A DNA stretch of 64,000 bases, taken from assembly GCF_001194135.2 (NCBI RefSeq), contig NC_068981.1, positions 14,339,186-14,403,185 on the forward strand. Reading direction: 5' to 3'. The position numbers and the translations under genes were made by a program. Below, in pieces: positions 1-12,940 of this stretch. The stretch comes from Octopus bimaculoides (taxonomy: Eukaryota). The notes under the pieces are model-generated. The model ran no database searches and was not told where the DNA came from. It worked only from the letters and a program-made list of their open reading frames with translations. Each line of letters opens with the position of its first letter. Within the stretch, counting starts at the first letter, position 1.

Positions 1-90
1 CACTTTCTCACCGAAACCTAGAGTCGGATCCAAATTACTGTCACTCCAAAATTCCTTTAACAACTATTTCTGTAAGAGTCAATTGCAAAA

Positions 91-97
91 TTATTAC

Positions 98-146
<49 letters not shown>
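91..146. repeat. (TTA)n microsatellite; reads as the (AAT)n tail of the minus-strand element at 147-480
   Basis: Direct reading of an uninterrupted trinucleotide run. Confidence 0.95.
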
Positions 147-480
147 GAGCGAGAGAGCAATGCATGCCATCAATGTGACACTGGGGTGAAATATACGAAG
201 CTCAATACACCCATCACGACCATCCGAATGATAATGGTATACCAGGCACATGCAGCACAATCATATGTGCGCGACATGGTGATCTAATGACATTGCAGGT
301 AGGGCTCTGTAAGAATTTTCGTCACGTCTAGTAGCCCATACTACTCAAAAGGTCCCTGAATAAGGTTTGCTTAAAGATGATGAACAAAACACCGAACTGG
401 TTAACGTCAAACAACTGCCGGGTAAATCTGTGGTACTGAGCAGAATATTTGCTGTAGTTCATAGCAGAATATTTTCTGTA
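147..480 (-). mobile_element. Non-coding interspersed repeat (SINE-like) with an (AAT)n tail
   Basis: GC-richer island bounded by AAT runs. Resembles a common octopus repeat as I recall it; no database check. Confidence 0.5.
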
Positions 481-510
481 ACCCATTTATTATTATTAAT
501 TATTATTATT

Positions 511-757
511 CAGTAGTGTTATTTTTATCACTTGCTTTCACCGCACTACGTAGCGCAGCTCTGTATACTTTGGTTATGTGCTGTGGTTTTTTGTGATACT
601 CTTATTTTTACGGTATTGAAAACGTCTTACGTAGAATGTGTGCGGTGCTTAGCAGTGCTATTTTCTCTATGTTATGTATACTTGTTAGACCTGGTATTTT
701 TTAAAATGTATTTGTCAGAATATTTTTATCATACCTAATACGCTTACTATGATAGGA

Positions 758-758
<1 letters not shown>
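511..758 (-). mobile_element. 5'-truncated 3' end of an R4/Dong-clade (RLE) non-LTR retrotransposon
   Basis: Minus-strand translation with two frameshifts: IPIIVSVLGMIK / YSDKYI / KIPGLTSIHNIEKIALLSTAHILRKTFSIP*. This matches the C-terminal P.(V/I)IGALG...QK.ALLGTAHILRK motif of R4/Dong ORFs. Stop at 610-608, ~100-nt 3' UTR, (AAT)n tail at 486-510. Confidence 0.75.

Positions 759-836
<78 letters not shown>
759..836. repeat. (TTA)n microsatellite
   Basis: Direct reading. Confidence 0.95.
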
Positions 837-837
<1 letters not shown>

Positions 838-2638
838 CATCATCATTAATATACAACATATAGCGGTTATTAAAATGTATACCTGAAAATACTTAAGCAA
901 GGCTATACATGGAACATAATCAAAAGGCTCAAAACCGTGATTCGGGGAAATGCAAGACAATAGCTTGAGAAGAATAACGTGTGCAGCGTAGAGTCGCTGC
1001 TTTTGAGTCATAGATGTTGTGGCAAGGTTTGAAACGCACGGTAATGCACACTTTATCCCTGGATGCGAAACGACGAGTAAGTTGGAAGCTGGTACGAATG
1101 CAACGAGCTTCGAAGGAGAAAGCCTATTCCAATAATGGTAGGAAACATCAAAGATGAACGTTAAAAGAAGAAAAAAAATGCTTTTTCTTAAGTATTACTC
1201 CTAACATAAAGCTTGTCTTTACTGCAGGCCATTTCGACACTAAATTTATAGAAGCAAGTTAAGTCAATTAACAATACATGGAAGTGATATATTAATTTTG
1301 CACAGCTACATTATGTCCAACTCATATGAGCAGTATAAAGGTGATTCCCGATTGGTAATAAAATAAAGAGAAAGAACAAGTGAAAGAAACATAATTCAAA
1401 CCCTTTGGAATGGAATGTACATAAATTCATCATAAATAAGACAAAAAAAAAAAGAAAAAAGAACCCACCTGAAATAGGAAGCGAATAACACCTAAATCAT
1501 TCATTCTGGGAAATAAAAATAAGTATGAACAGGCACAGAAAACTATATGTTGCTACAAACGGATGAAATAAGAATCAACCACTCACAAAGCACATAAGCC
1601 TCTACGAAAGAAGGAAAACTCTAAGGAAATGACCGTACAATCTACAAACAGCGAAAAGAATGAAATTACTGTAAAATCTATTCAGCATACCCAAGTAAAC
1701 TCCCACTCACGCCCGCTAACACACATCCACTTACACACACACTATGCTGCCATACTAGAACAGTGAAACAGAGATAAACGTCAAATGATGATTAATTTCA
1801 CAGAAGTGCCAATGTATTCCCACTGAAAAGTCATACCAAATACCAAAGAAGTGTATTAAAGGCATAATCTCAAAAAGGCAAAACCTCTAAAACACAACCA
1901 TAAATGGAATATAAACTCTCAGCGCAACAAATCATCAAAAGCCATGATTGATGAGAACCTACCAAATAATAACGAAAATAGAAACTTAAGGAAATCGACG
2001 AACAAGGATTAAGAGAGAACCCTACAAATACTCCTCGCGAATAGGGACTTTAATAAAATAATAGATAGACATAGCAAAGCCCCACAACAAATTATGTTCT
2101 CGGATTAAACTACGTAAATATGAGCTGGCTGATTAATCTATTCGCTAAATTTGATAGTATGGAAGAAAATCAGTTTTCGATAGGATGACCAATCTCCTCA
2201 GAGACTGTATACTATATGCCATATAACATTAATAGAAATGGATAAATAAAATTACCCGTACCGAGTGATACGAGCAGTATAATAAACAAACAGATTGGTG
2301 TCTTCTTAAAAATATAATGTAATTTTGAATCAAATACCGAACACTTTTCAGGATATAGAACACGTAGAGGAAAAAACAGTAACAGAGGAAGTATAGCACA
2401 TCATATGTGGTATAGAATTCACGAACAGGAAAAAAAAATATCAAAACAACTCGAAAGTTCTGTCTGTGACAAAGTTTCCAATTTCGCGTGTATCTGAGAC
2501 ACAAAAATATGACAACATCTTTCAATGAAGTTATTAACAGAATACAGTCAATACCCGAATCCTTATTGGAGAGAAAATAATATCGATTAAAATTAAACAA
2601 AAACATTGTCGACATGAAATCACAGTCCTATAACTTAC

Positions 2639-2694
2639 TTGCCAAGACATACGAAACAACTACGTTTGTATATAGCTACAGGTTGACAGCTCAT
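2639..2694 (-). CDS. Candidate internal exon (56 nt) of an unidentified gene
   Basis: Acceptor aattttttttcag and donor GCAA|gtaagt. Only one open frame: MSCQPVAIYKRSCFVCLG. No homology recognised. Confidence 0.3.
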
Positions 2695-3721
2695 CTGAAA
2701 AAAATTGTTATGATAGCAGAGGAGAATACAGAGTGGTGGAAAGGGATACAAGAGTGCAAAGAAATAGACAGGCAAATCAAACAATTATGAAATAGAGAAA
2801 AAAATGAGAAAATAAAACATTCTCCAGAATACACTATCAACTCAATAGTACAGCTTCCTCAGTAGATAATATTTACAACTCCATCCACACACAATCATCA
2901 CTCAATACAATAATATAGCCACCACACATTAAAACAACACAGCACATGTCCTTACATAACTAATATCCGATTTATAACCCTTTTCATGCATCATCGTAAT
3001 ATCCCACATCATATACTGTGCACAATTCCAAGCCAATAACATTATCCATTCTATAGAGAAATCAGTTGCATTGTAAAATGTCACAAAACATACAACATGT
3101 ACAAAACACAAACGTTGTACAACAAAATAAAGCAACTGACATAATGGAAATTCTCCGTAGCATTCAGAAGACAAAATCATCAAAACACAAAAGAAGTTAA
3201 GAATTCAGTGACCAACTTTTGTATTCCTAAACACAGTTGCACACACATCAGGAATATGCACTACTGCTGATGCTGAAGAAGCTCGTCTGGAAGTGGGTTT
3301 TACCATAAACCAAGTTTATGCCAATAACCTCTGGCAGCCGATGTTCTTCATCTATGAGCTATCAAAGACAGCGAGGCGAATGACTGAAACTAAACTTCTA
3401 ACCGTGTCGCTTCCGCATCTCAGCATATTAAAATTCTGCAGTCTTAAGTACGCGCAAATCATTCACTCAGAGAAGTACTGAAGCTCTTCAGGTGAAGACA
3501 TAAACAAAACCCACCACACCTAGAGGAACTTATCCGCCTTCCAAAAGGGGACTGAATTTAGTCAGTAACACGACATCTGCAAGAGACTATTTGAACTGTA
3601 AAGGATAACTTCGTGCTTCGTGCAGATTTCAAACAAAATCCTTCTAATCTGCAGCCGATAGTTTTCAGCCCATATGAAGAGTATTTTACCAACTATTGTT
3701 TTCTTCTTTTCTTCTTTTCTT

Positions 3722-4195
3722 CTTTTATTTTTTTCACTCATTTGACTGGAGCACCGCTTTAAATCGAACAAATCGACCCCAAGACTTATTCTTTGTAAGA
3801 CTAGTACTCATTCTAAGCATCGTTTGTCAAGCGATAGTGAGAGGACAAATACAGACGCAAATACATTCACGCACATACACACGTATATATATATATANNN
3901 NNNNNNNNNNNNNNNNNNNNNNNNNNNNNNNNNNNNNNNNNNNNNNNNNNNNNNNNNNNNNNNNNNNNNNNNNNNNNNNNNNNNNNNNNNNNNNNNNNNN
4001 NNNNNNNNNNNNNNNNNNNNNNNATATATATACGACGGGCTTCTTTCAGTTTCAGTCTACCAAATCTCCTCTCAAGGCTTTGGACGGCCCGAGGCTAAAG
4101 TAGAAGGTACTAGCCCAAGGTGCCACGCAGTGGGACTGAACCCGGAAGCATGTGGTTGGTAAGCAAACTACTTACCACACAGCCAGTTCAGCACC
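3722..4195 (-). mobile_element. tRNA-derived SINE, family A, near full length (internal gap)
   Basis: Reverse complement of the TGGCTGTGTGGTAAGTAG head, GGGTTCAGTCCC B-box, internal (TA)n and GCGGTGCTCCAG tail; homologous to 48056-48462. Confidence 0.9.
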
Positions 4196-4519
4196 TGTGC
4201 TGAAAATTCCTTTCCTACTATATCCAAATCAATGAATCTGTGAAAAGTTGCCTACAAAGAGGAAGCCTCATTTTGCAGATAATTCTACACGGGAAATACA
4301 TGCCAGTCTGCCTCATAATTTGCCCAGTTCCATTCTCCCATGTCCACTACAGTCTATACACACGACTCAAAGTGTTAGCGCCGCTGTCCCTGATAGTATG
4401 GCTTCCATTCACTATTAGAAATTACATCATAGATATGAGCCATACACTTAGGAAAACTCTTCAATTTTTGCATCCGTATCTTGGAACGATACACCGATCT
4501 TTGGATAAACATTAAAGTA

Positions 4520-4800
4520 TGAAAGATTGCACAAAAATGTAACCTCTTCGACGCTGTCAACTATCACACTCACTTCCAATATCTCTTAGATAATGAAGAC
4601 ACACATTAATTGCAAATCCGTGTGTCACACTATTTCTTTAACGACCACCGACATGGTTTCCGTAAAGTCACAGACACTGGTAATTTTCCCTCTCATTCAT
4701 TACGACTATTTTCAAGAAATTTTGTGTAAACGTTGTTCTCGATTTAGATATCAGAAGTGCTCTTTGCTGTGCTGAGCATGCAGATCTCCTGTAGAGACTA
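4520..4800 (+). mobile_element. Decayed LINE reverse-transcriptase fragment (CR1/L2/Jockey group)
   Basis: Frameshifted translation LTSNIS*IMKTHIN / YFFNDHRHGFRKVTDTGNF / NVVLDLDIRSAL..EHADLL matches RT motifs ISLTS.ISKVME, QHGFR..RST and LDISKAFD.V.H..LL. Confidence 0.55.
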
Positions 4801-5367
4801 ACCTTTGTGCTCTCCACACATCTCTAATATCGTAAATCAGTAGCTTCCTGTCACATCGCAATATTGCTGCGAATATTGCTCTTATTCTATCAACTCATGT
4901 GTGCCCAAGGCTTCGGTTTTGTATTGAAATTCTTTCTTTAGAACATGTTCCCATCCGCCACCGTTGCCGGTTTTCACTTTCATCACACAGAGGATGATAA
5001 AGAAAGTACCAGTCAGTTACTAGTCAGATAAAAGAGGTTGCAGTTGGTATCAACTAGTAGCTCCCATCAGCATTTTCTGGTTTTATGACTAAACCATTTG
5101 TCTTTATTTAGAAGAATCGTTAAAGATGAGTGTAAAATGCCTTTGATATTTCTCCAAGTTCTTTACTTTCTTAATTCAAATAACGGAGAAGTCAACTTTG
5201 TCTTTCATACTTCTTGAGTCGATAAAATAAAGTACCAGTGAAAGAGTTAAGCCAATAATATTGATTAATCTCTAGTTTCTAAAGTTGGCCTTGTGCCTAT
5301 GATAGAAACTACTACTACTATTATTATTATTATAATAATAATTATTATTATTATTATTATAATAATG

Positions 5368-5565
5368 CAGGTGGCAAGCAGGCAGAATCATTAGCACGCC
5401 GGGCAAAATGCTTAGTGGTATTTCATCAGTGTTCACGTTTTGAGTTCAAATTCCGCCGAGGTCCACTTTGACTTTCATGCTTTTAGGGTTGATAAGTTAC
5501 CATTTGAACAATCGACTCATCCCATCTCCAAAATTGCTACCCTTGTGGCAAAATTTGAGACTATT
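5368..5565 (+). mobile_element. tRNA-derived SINE, family B
   Basis: GGCAGAATCATTAGCACGCCGGGCAAAATGCTTAG head, GAGTTCAAATTCC B-box, ATT tail; homologous to 51281-51520. Confidence 0.85.
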
Positions 5566-6237
5566 ATTAATATTATAGTAGTATTGGTTGTAGTGTTGTT
5601 GGTGGTGGTAGTAGTAGACATGAGATTGGTGGAGGAAGGTACCTCGGTGATTCTAGTGTCATTTTTATAAACTATTGTTTATATTTCTGCTTTTTTGTTT
5701 TTGTTAAAACTAGAAACACTGTCGAAGTTCCTACAGAAAGTTTTACTGTTATTTTTAATACTAATACTAACAGCCTTCGATACTATTGTAGTTGCTGCTA
5801 CTGCTAGTTGCATTACAATTTATAATATGCTATTCTGGTTACCGTTGCTGCTACTGCTTTTGTTTGTACTACTGAGTTGAATCTATGGTGTATAGAACGT
5901 CAGCTACTATTAGCGTCTAATGTAAGCGAAGACATTTTTTTTTTCATACATATGGACGGAAGCGGAAATATTCCGGCTGTAAGAAGAATACTCCGCACGT
6001 TCTCTAGGTGCGATTGTAAATTTTAAGACACATTTCATAAGTTATAATATAACGTAGGAAGTACTAAAACAGGCCCCTTATTCTTTAATATTCGAAACAC
6101 CATCCAATTTTACCGCCACAAATAGACATAATACAGATAATATGTAGAAGCCTCCACCCACGAAAGAAAAAAAAATATTAATGGATACGTGTCCCTGTGT
6201 ATGTATATATGCGAATATAACGGGGCATACCTATATA

Positions 6238-6281
<44 letters not shown>

Positions 6282-6291
6282 CCTGCGTGGG

Positions 6292-6460
6292 TCTTTGTGT
6301 CTGTGTTTGTCCCCACACCGTCACTTGACAACCGATGTTCGTGTGTTTACGTCACCGTAACATAAGTACTAGACTTACAAAGAATAATTCCTGGGTCGAT
6401 TTCTTCCACGAAAAACATTTGAGGCTGTGCTCCATCGTCGCCGCAATCAAAAGACTAAAA
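6292..6460 (+). mobile_element. SINE family A, 3' half
   Basis: TGTGTCTGTGTTTGTCCCC...CTTACAAAGAATAA...GGCTGTGCTCCA; homologous to 48270-48460. Confidence 0.8.
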
Positions 6461-6924
6461 TATGTAAAAAAAATAAAACTGTGTGTGTTTATGTATACAT
6501 ACATATACATATATNNNNNNNNNNNNNNNNNNNNNNNNATATATATAAACGTATGCATGCATACTCATACGTATATATGTGTTGTTTGTGTGTGCGTGTA
6601 ATATATATTTATATATATAAAATATTCAAGTATGAGTGAATAGTTTTTTTCGTAAATTTAGATGTATGCAAATGTTATCTTGCGAACAGGGGTCGCTTAA
6701 GTGTTAATAATATATCAAATGTGATATTTACACTTGCAGTAGGTGATGGCCAAATATTTAACTTTTATTGAAACTCAGTCTTCTGAGCATCCACAAATTC
6801 GTGGCAGGTTAATTATCACAAATATCTTTAACGTTGTGAAATAAAAACAATATTGTAAAGATAAATTAAGTCGATGGAATTTGAACTCAAAACGTAAAGA
6901 CAATCGAATTAAAACAGATAAGCA

Positions 6925-7135
6925 TTCTTTTCTACGCTAGGCGCAAGGCCCGAAATTTGGGGGGATGGGTCCAGTCGATTTGATCAACCCCAGTGCGCAA
7001 CTAGTTCTTAATTTATCGACTCCGAAAGGATGAAAGGCAAAGTTAACATCGGCCTAATTTGTAGTCAGAACGTGAAGACAGACGAAGTACCAGTAAGTAT
7101 TTCGCCTGGCGTGCTAAAGTTTCTCCTAGTTCAAC
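6925..7135 (-). mobile_element. SINE family B
   Basis: Reverse-complement match to the family B body and tail (CTAGGCGCAAGGCCCGAAA...GGCGTGCTAA). Confidence 0.85.
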
Positions 7136-7154
7136 GTTTTAAAAATATGAAATA

Positions 7155-7257
7155 TAAAGTCCACATCGGGGGCATTTGAACTCAGAACGTAAAGACGGAT
7201 GAAATGCCGTTAAGTATTCTGCACGGCGTGCAAACATTTCCGCCAGCGCGCCGCCCA
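7155..7257 (-). mobile_element. SINE family B, 5' half
   Basis: ATTTGAACTCAGAACGT...CCAGCGCGCCGCC, the reverse complement of the head and B-box. Confidence 0.8.
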
Positions 7258-7648
7258 AATACAATGTAAGCACTATTTTCTACTCTAGGCACAAGACCCT
7301 CAAAGAAGTAAAAATAATAATTGATAAATGGATTTTTTTCAGGGTTCTGAACACACGCGTGTAATATACAGCAAACTTAGTTCACGTTCTGAATTACATT
7401 TTTAAAAACCATGAATTTTTCAAGTACGGAAGGGTACGAGAAATACTACCTCACTGAGTAGAAAAAATATAAATAATCGTGATCTTGCCTATATTTGTAG
7501 GTTTGCAACGGCATCAGCAGAGAAGCAGCAGCGATTATGTTATTACATTCCATTGACAATATGTGAAAAAAATCAACATTGATTTTAATATTTCTTCAGT
7601 CGATGAAATAAATGTAAGGTCTTAGAGATATCATTGGCCACAGAAGAG

Positions 7649-7649
<1 letters not shown>

Positions 7650-7700
<51 letters not shown>

Positions 7701-7733
7701 GTACTACTACTACTACTACTACTACTTCTTCTT

Positions 7734-7787
<54 letters not shown>

Positions 7788-7812
7788 TTAGTAGTAGTCG
7801 TAGTAGTAGTTG
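7650..7812. repeat. (ACT)n microsatellite ending in an inverted (AGT)n run
   Basis: Direct reading; source of the poly-Thr ORF 7634-7816. Confidence 0.9.
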
Positions 7813-9582
7813 TTAGTGTTTAATGCACACGGAAAATATAAAATATTGAGAGGAATATCACTGTTTTTGTCAGTTGAAATATGTCTGTTATTCACTCAGC
7901 TGCGAATGAGAAAAGTGTGAAGCGACAGTAATAGCGACAATGGTGGCAAATGTAGAATTGAAAGCGGCAGCAACAGCAACACTGAATGCTATAGCAGTTG
8001 GAGACTGGTAATAGCAACAAGCGAAAGAGAATCCTACAATGATGTTGCGCACACACACATATATGTTTGTATGTGTGTACATGCATGTATGTGTGCATAT
8101 ATGTATGTGTATATGTATATGTATGTCTGTATGTTAGCATTTATGTAGCTAGATATACATTAGGTATATTAACCTTATATATACGTGTGTATTTGTGTTA
8201 ATAAACGCACACTCAATTACTACTAAACATATGACAAAGGACAGGAGTTACGTAATCAGTTTTGTTTATAAGTACTGGGGCTAAAAGTGTTTCAATCATT
8301 GAAATAACTCTGATGAAGCTACAAGTGCAACACTAGCAACCACCCTAGGTGCACGATGCGTTATAGTCACAACAGCTGTAAGCTATTAAAGATGATAAAG
8401 TGACTCATTGTCATTTATTTATCAATTAATTTTAACGTTTGTATTCATTTGCGAGTCTGCATATAAGTCCGTAACGGAGGTCATCAAACAAGTCACACAC
8501 TCTCGCCGTTGAACCTTTCTACTCTCTTGAGTATAATGAATTGTTCAAAAAATGATTATTGATGGCATATTGGCGAAGTGGTATAGTTGCGAAAGAAATT
8601 AACCCACTATTCCCAAACTCTTCAGCTTTTGAGCATGTCTTTCATACATTAGTTACCATGCTCCATCCAGCTAAGTCTCGTTGGCTCTAATATATATATA
8701 TATACTTTAGAAAACATTTAACACTCTGTTTGTTATCTCATCCTTTTATCTTTCTATCATTTTGTTTTTTGTTACTTGATCCAGTAAATTTCTTCATTCT
8801 GCAAATTGTCAAATGCTTAGCAAATTTTGTAAATGAAATATTGCCAATTTCTAGGAGCATATAAAATAATGCAAATTGAGGTTAAAATTTGTAATGCAAA
8901 CTGTTTACCTTTATTTGATTCAAACATTTAAAGGTAATAAATTCAGTCATCATTTGCAATAAAGAATAATAGATATCAACAATAATTTCAAGATAAATCA
9001 GTTAATATTTGTAGAGAAAAAAAGTATTTTTTGCCGAAAGGAACATTTTACTATTTGCTTTGGAAGTTGATTTTTCTAAATAAAAAGTTTGCATAAATTT
9101 TCTCGTAGAAAATTCGTAAATTTGTATAAGAAAGAAAAAGTTAATACAAATTCAGAATAAATTTTTAGCGCTAATAATTTGCAAATGTGCAAAAAGATAA
9201 AGATGATATATGATAAAATATTGTGTAGAATATCGTTCGTTTGGCCTTACTACCAGTCGCGTCTGGTAAGTAAATGTTTATCGCTCAAAAAGTGAAGTGG
9301 AAACTATTTTCATACGGCAAAAAAGTGAATCTGTTTTGCCAGAAAATTAAATTATTGAGGAACAAAGGTTTTCCCAGCAATGAAATTACGTAGGAGAGAC
9401 GTTATTCAAAAATAAATAGAGGACAGTTGATCTGCTCCTTAGATATTATAATATCATCTTACGTGACGAAATCCTGTTGAATCGCTCAAAAGTGAAACTA
9501 AAAGACTAAGTGACTAAATAAACGAGACACTGATGCTAATTGCACACAGTTACATTCTTATATGATATATGAATGTTTATAG

Positions 9583-9770
9583 CAGAGGGGTGTGGCTTAG
9601 TGGTTAGGGTGCTGGATTCTTGATCGTAAGATTGTAGTTTCGAATCCTGGACAATGCAAGGCGTTGTGTTCTGAGCAAAACACTTCACTTTCACGTTGCT
9701 CCACACCACTCAGTTAGCAAAAATGAATTAACATGCGATGGATCCGCGTCGCGTCCAAGTGGAGACTATA
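9583..9770 (+). mobile_element. tRNA-derived SINE, family C
   Basis: A-box TGGCTTAGTGG, B-box GTTTCGAATCC, then a CORE/V-like segment TGTGTTCTGAGCAAAACACTTCACT. Confidence 0.7.
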
Positions 9771-9774
9771 AGAA

Positions 9775-9990
9775 AAGGCGGCGATCTAGCAGAAACGTGA
9801 GTACGCCGGACGAAGTGCTAAGCGGTATCTCGTCAGCCTTTAGGTTCTAAGTTCAAATTCCGTCGAGGTCAACTTTGCAGTTCATTCTTTCGGAATCGAT
9901 AAATTAAGTATCATTTTGCGTACTGAGGTCAATATAGTCGACTGGACCCCTTCCCAAATATTTCGGGCCTTGTGCCTAGAGTAGAAACGG
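9775..9990 (+). mobile_element. SINE family B, full length
   Basis: AAGGCGGCGATCTAGCAGAAACG head through GGCCTTGTGCCTAGAGTAGAAA tail. Confidence 0.9.
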
Positions 9991-11015
9991 ATATATGAAT
10001 ATTTATGGCTTTCTTAATGATGAACTTGAAATTATTGTTGAATTATGTCTGGACTGTATATTTCTCATAATAAATAAAAATCAAATTAAATTTTAATATA
10101 CGAATAAAGACTGTCAATCAGAATAATATTACAAACAATAATGAAATCTAAGAGTGCCATGACACATTATATTGTCTTCGGAAACGAGTTTAGAATGACC
10201 CAAATGAAATTATGAATACCACTGCAGAAGAGCCAACATGGCAGAAAATAACACCAACTGTATTATGACTATTAATAATAATCCTCTCAACAAGAAATTT
10301 ATTGAAAAGTGTGAGCAATTGCTGTTTTCTAATGCAGCTAAAGTGTGTCTTGCACAATACAATTTTAGCTCTAAACGCTCAGTCTCTTAGCTTACTTGGG
10401 ATGTTTCTCGTGACTAAATCGATAAACAAATAATATAACTTATATTTTAATAATACAGTCACAGATAATATAAACTATATATACATAGTTAGGAAAATAT
10501 AAATTATAATGTTAAGTTAAACAGGTAAAGACTTTTCATGCTGCACTGTATGGCTGGGATGAATTCCATTGTCAAAATGGGGGAAGCTAGGTGTTATTAG
10601 CCAACGCTGTGAAACGATAACAAATTGGCTACACCTAAGCAGTGATAATTGTAACCACGCACCGCTTTTTTTCTGTGAGACAAAGTTGTTCAATTGGATT
10701 CTGGAAGCTATGATTGCCTGTTTAGTTTATGCACTTTGTGATGTGTGTTAGGTATTTAGGGATTTACTTTATGGTAGTAATCTTTATTTCGGAATCTATA
10801 TTTTTTGAAAATCAAATTTGTAAAGGCCAGTTTTTGTGTGAGGCAAATTTTGGTGAAACCAAAATTTGTGAATCTAGAGTTACGGATCCAAGTTTGTGAA
10901 AGCAAGTTGTTGAAGGCGGGATTCTGAGTCCGAATTTCTGAACTGTATATATATATGTTAGCTCTGTGTTAATAATATTTTACAAAAAAATTCATGGTGT
11001 GTTTTTTGGGCTCAC

Positions 11016-11073
11016 CCTATCCTTGTTGATTCTGTAAATCCGGGTCATGGCCATCAGGTCGTAACAACATGCC
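11016..11073 (-). CDS. Candidate internal exon (58 nt) of an unidentified gene
   Basis: GC-richer island with a pyrimidine-rich acceptor (ttttgtgtttctttgtgtcctattttcaatacccacccag) and donor AGG|gtgagc. One frame open throughout: ACCYDLMAMTRIYRINKDR. No homology recognised. Confidence 0.45.
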
Positions 11074-12888
11074 CTGGGTGGGTATTGAAAATAGGACACA
11101 AAGAAACACAAAACTTCTACCAACCTAACCCTTGCAAAGAGAATAATAATTCACATTGGGTTATTGTCATTCAATTCGTTGGAATGAGCTTACATAAAAC
11201 TGCAGCTTTCTAAAAAAATTGTAGAATGCAGAAAAACTTTAGGGAAGTTAGTAATCGTTCAGATCTCCATAATTCTAAGCGCAAAATATCCCTGTTGGGA
11301 GGTAAAACAAGTTGCTCTTGGCTGACGCTTGAACTGAATATATTACAATATATGAAGTAATTTTACAACCTATTCATACTCAAATTCTTCTGCCATAAGA
11401 ATAATTAACATTGAAGCGCGGATTGATAAATGTGAAAATAAATAAAACTTTCTAAAGAATTATTATGCAATCATTGATACTAATAGTGAAGCCAAACTTC
11501 TTCAGTTTGCGATATGTTTTCAGTATCACGATGTATCGTATTTCCCCATTTCTCTCTTTCTGTAGTTCTTCATGACAACAGAGATCTTGTTCATTGCCGC
11601 TATAAATGTACCTGGCAGTTTTGTGTTATATTAGACAAAACCTATTTTGAATAAATGGAGAAAGAATAATGGGATAAAAATGTTAGGTTAGGTTAAAGCG
11701 GCGAAATATGTGGTAATTTGCAGGAAAGCTGTTACGATATTAGGAAATTAACAGCATGCTGTTTTGTTAAGAGAAAAACAAAATCGTCTTATATAGGATT
11801 GTAAAATGAACTACCTTAAAGAAATAACACGCCCTTTATTCTGATTACTTTTCAATGTAAAATTTTGTTATCCTGTTCGTCTTGAAATCAACATTTTCTT
11901 TATATTGATTTAAATGTCATTATGCCTGACCTAGCTGTGACCTAACAATTAGATATTTCAAATCCGTGCTGTAGATTAGCGGGGCGTTTTATTTAATCAA
12001 TATGTTGGGCTACGAATCAATTAAGCTTTTTTGAAGTACCATATTCAGCATCTTCATTCGGTGTCCTGAAGACATTAAATAAGGTTAAAGATCAAGTTAG
12101 ATATTTTATTTCCTGATGAACAGTATTTCACAAATCTGAATCTTAATTTAACATTGGACCTTCCTTTCCATCTGAATGAAATTCAATTACTATATAACCA
12201 TGGTAAAAATAAAATACATAATATAGAGGTATTACGAATATTATATGTAATTTTTGGCTGTATTACATTTGCATATGTAAGTCATTCTGCTTTTATATAA
12301 ATGTAAACATTTGTATAAACACATTCACCCGCAAAGAAAATAAGAAACCTAAATCTAAAAATCTATCTATCGATCTATCCAACCATAATGATCAGTTATG
12401 CTTCCTGTCAGAAAGATAATGCAAAATGCAGGGAAGTTTAATGCCTCATATATATATATATATGGACGAAGAATTCTTTGCGCGATTGTTACCTGTTACA
12501 ATATCTATGAGTGGTGAAAGCTGTTGGCAGAAAGACATGTGCAGTTCGCGATACTGAGCAAATATACCATATTCAACAGCCTTACAATAAGAATACGTGG
12601 ACACGAACGACATCATATTTGTTCGTAAAAGTCGAAGATTGAGAACGTTTCACAACAATTCCCCGACAAGTTATTTCGCTGTTGTGTTCTGTAGCTATTT
12701 ACATCGAATACACTTCACTGCAAGTTGTTAGGAATTCGTATCTATTGGTTGTTAGGGATTTGAACATGAGTGGCAAAATATTTAATGAGTCGGAAATTAT
12801 TAAGACTGAATAAAATTTACCGTGAAACTTGTTCTCGTCCTCTACAAAGGAACCTCCAATTAACACGATATTGACACACAAAATACAT

Positions 12889-12940
<52 letters not shown>

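Noticed and set aside
840-2620. Strongly A-rich, strand-biased stretch suggesting an old retroelement
   Set aside because: Only hints of motifs (for example FDS); no class assignable.
9583-9680. tRNA-like sequence
   Set aside because: A and B boxes are present but no complete cloverleaf; it continues into a SINE body. No bona fide tRNA or rRNA gene was found in the window.
12493-12580. Minus-strand 88-nt open exon candidate (AVEYGIFAQYRELHMSFCQQLSPLIDIVT)
   Set aside because: Splice signals only moderate and no homology recognised; not reported as a feature.
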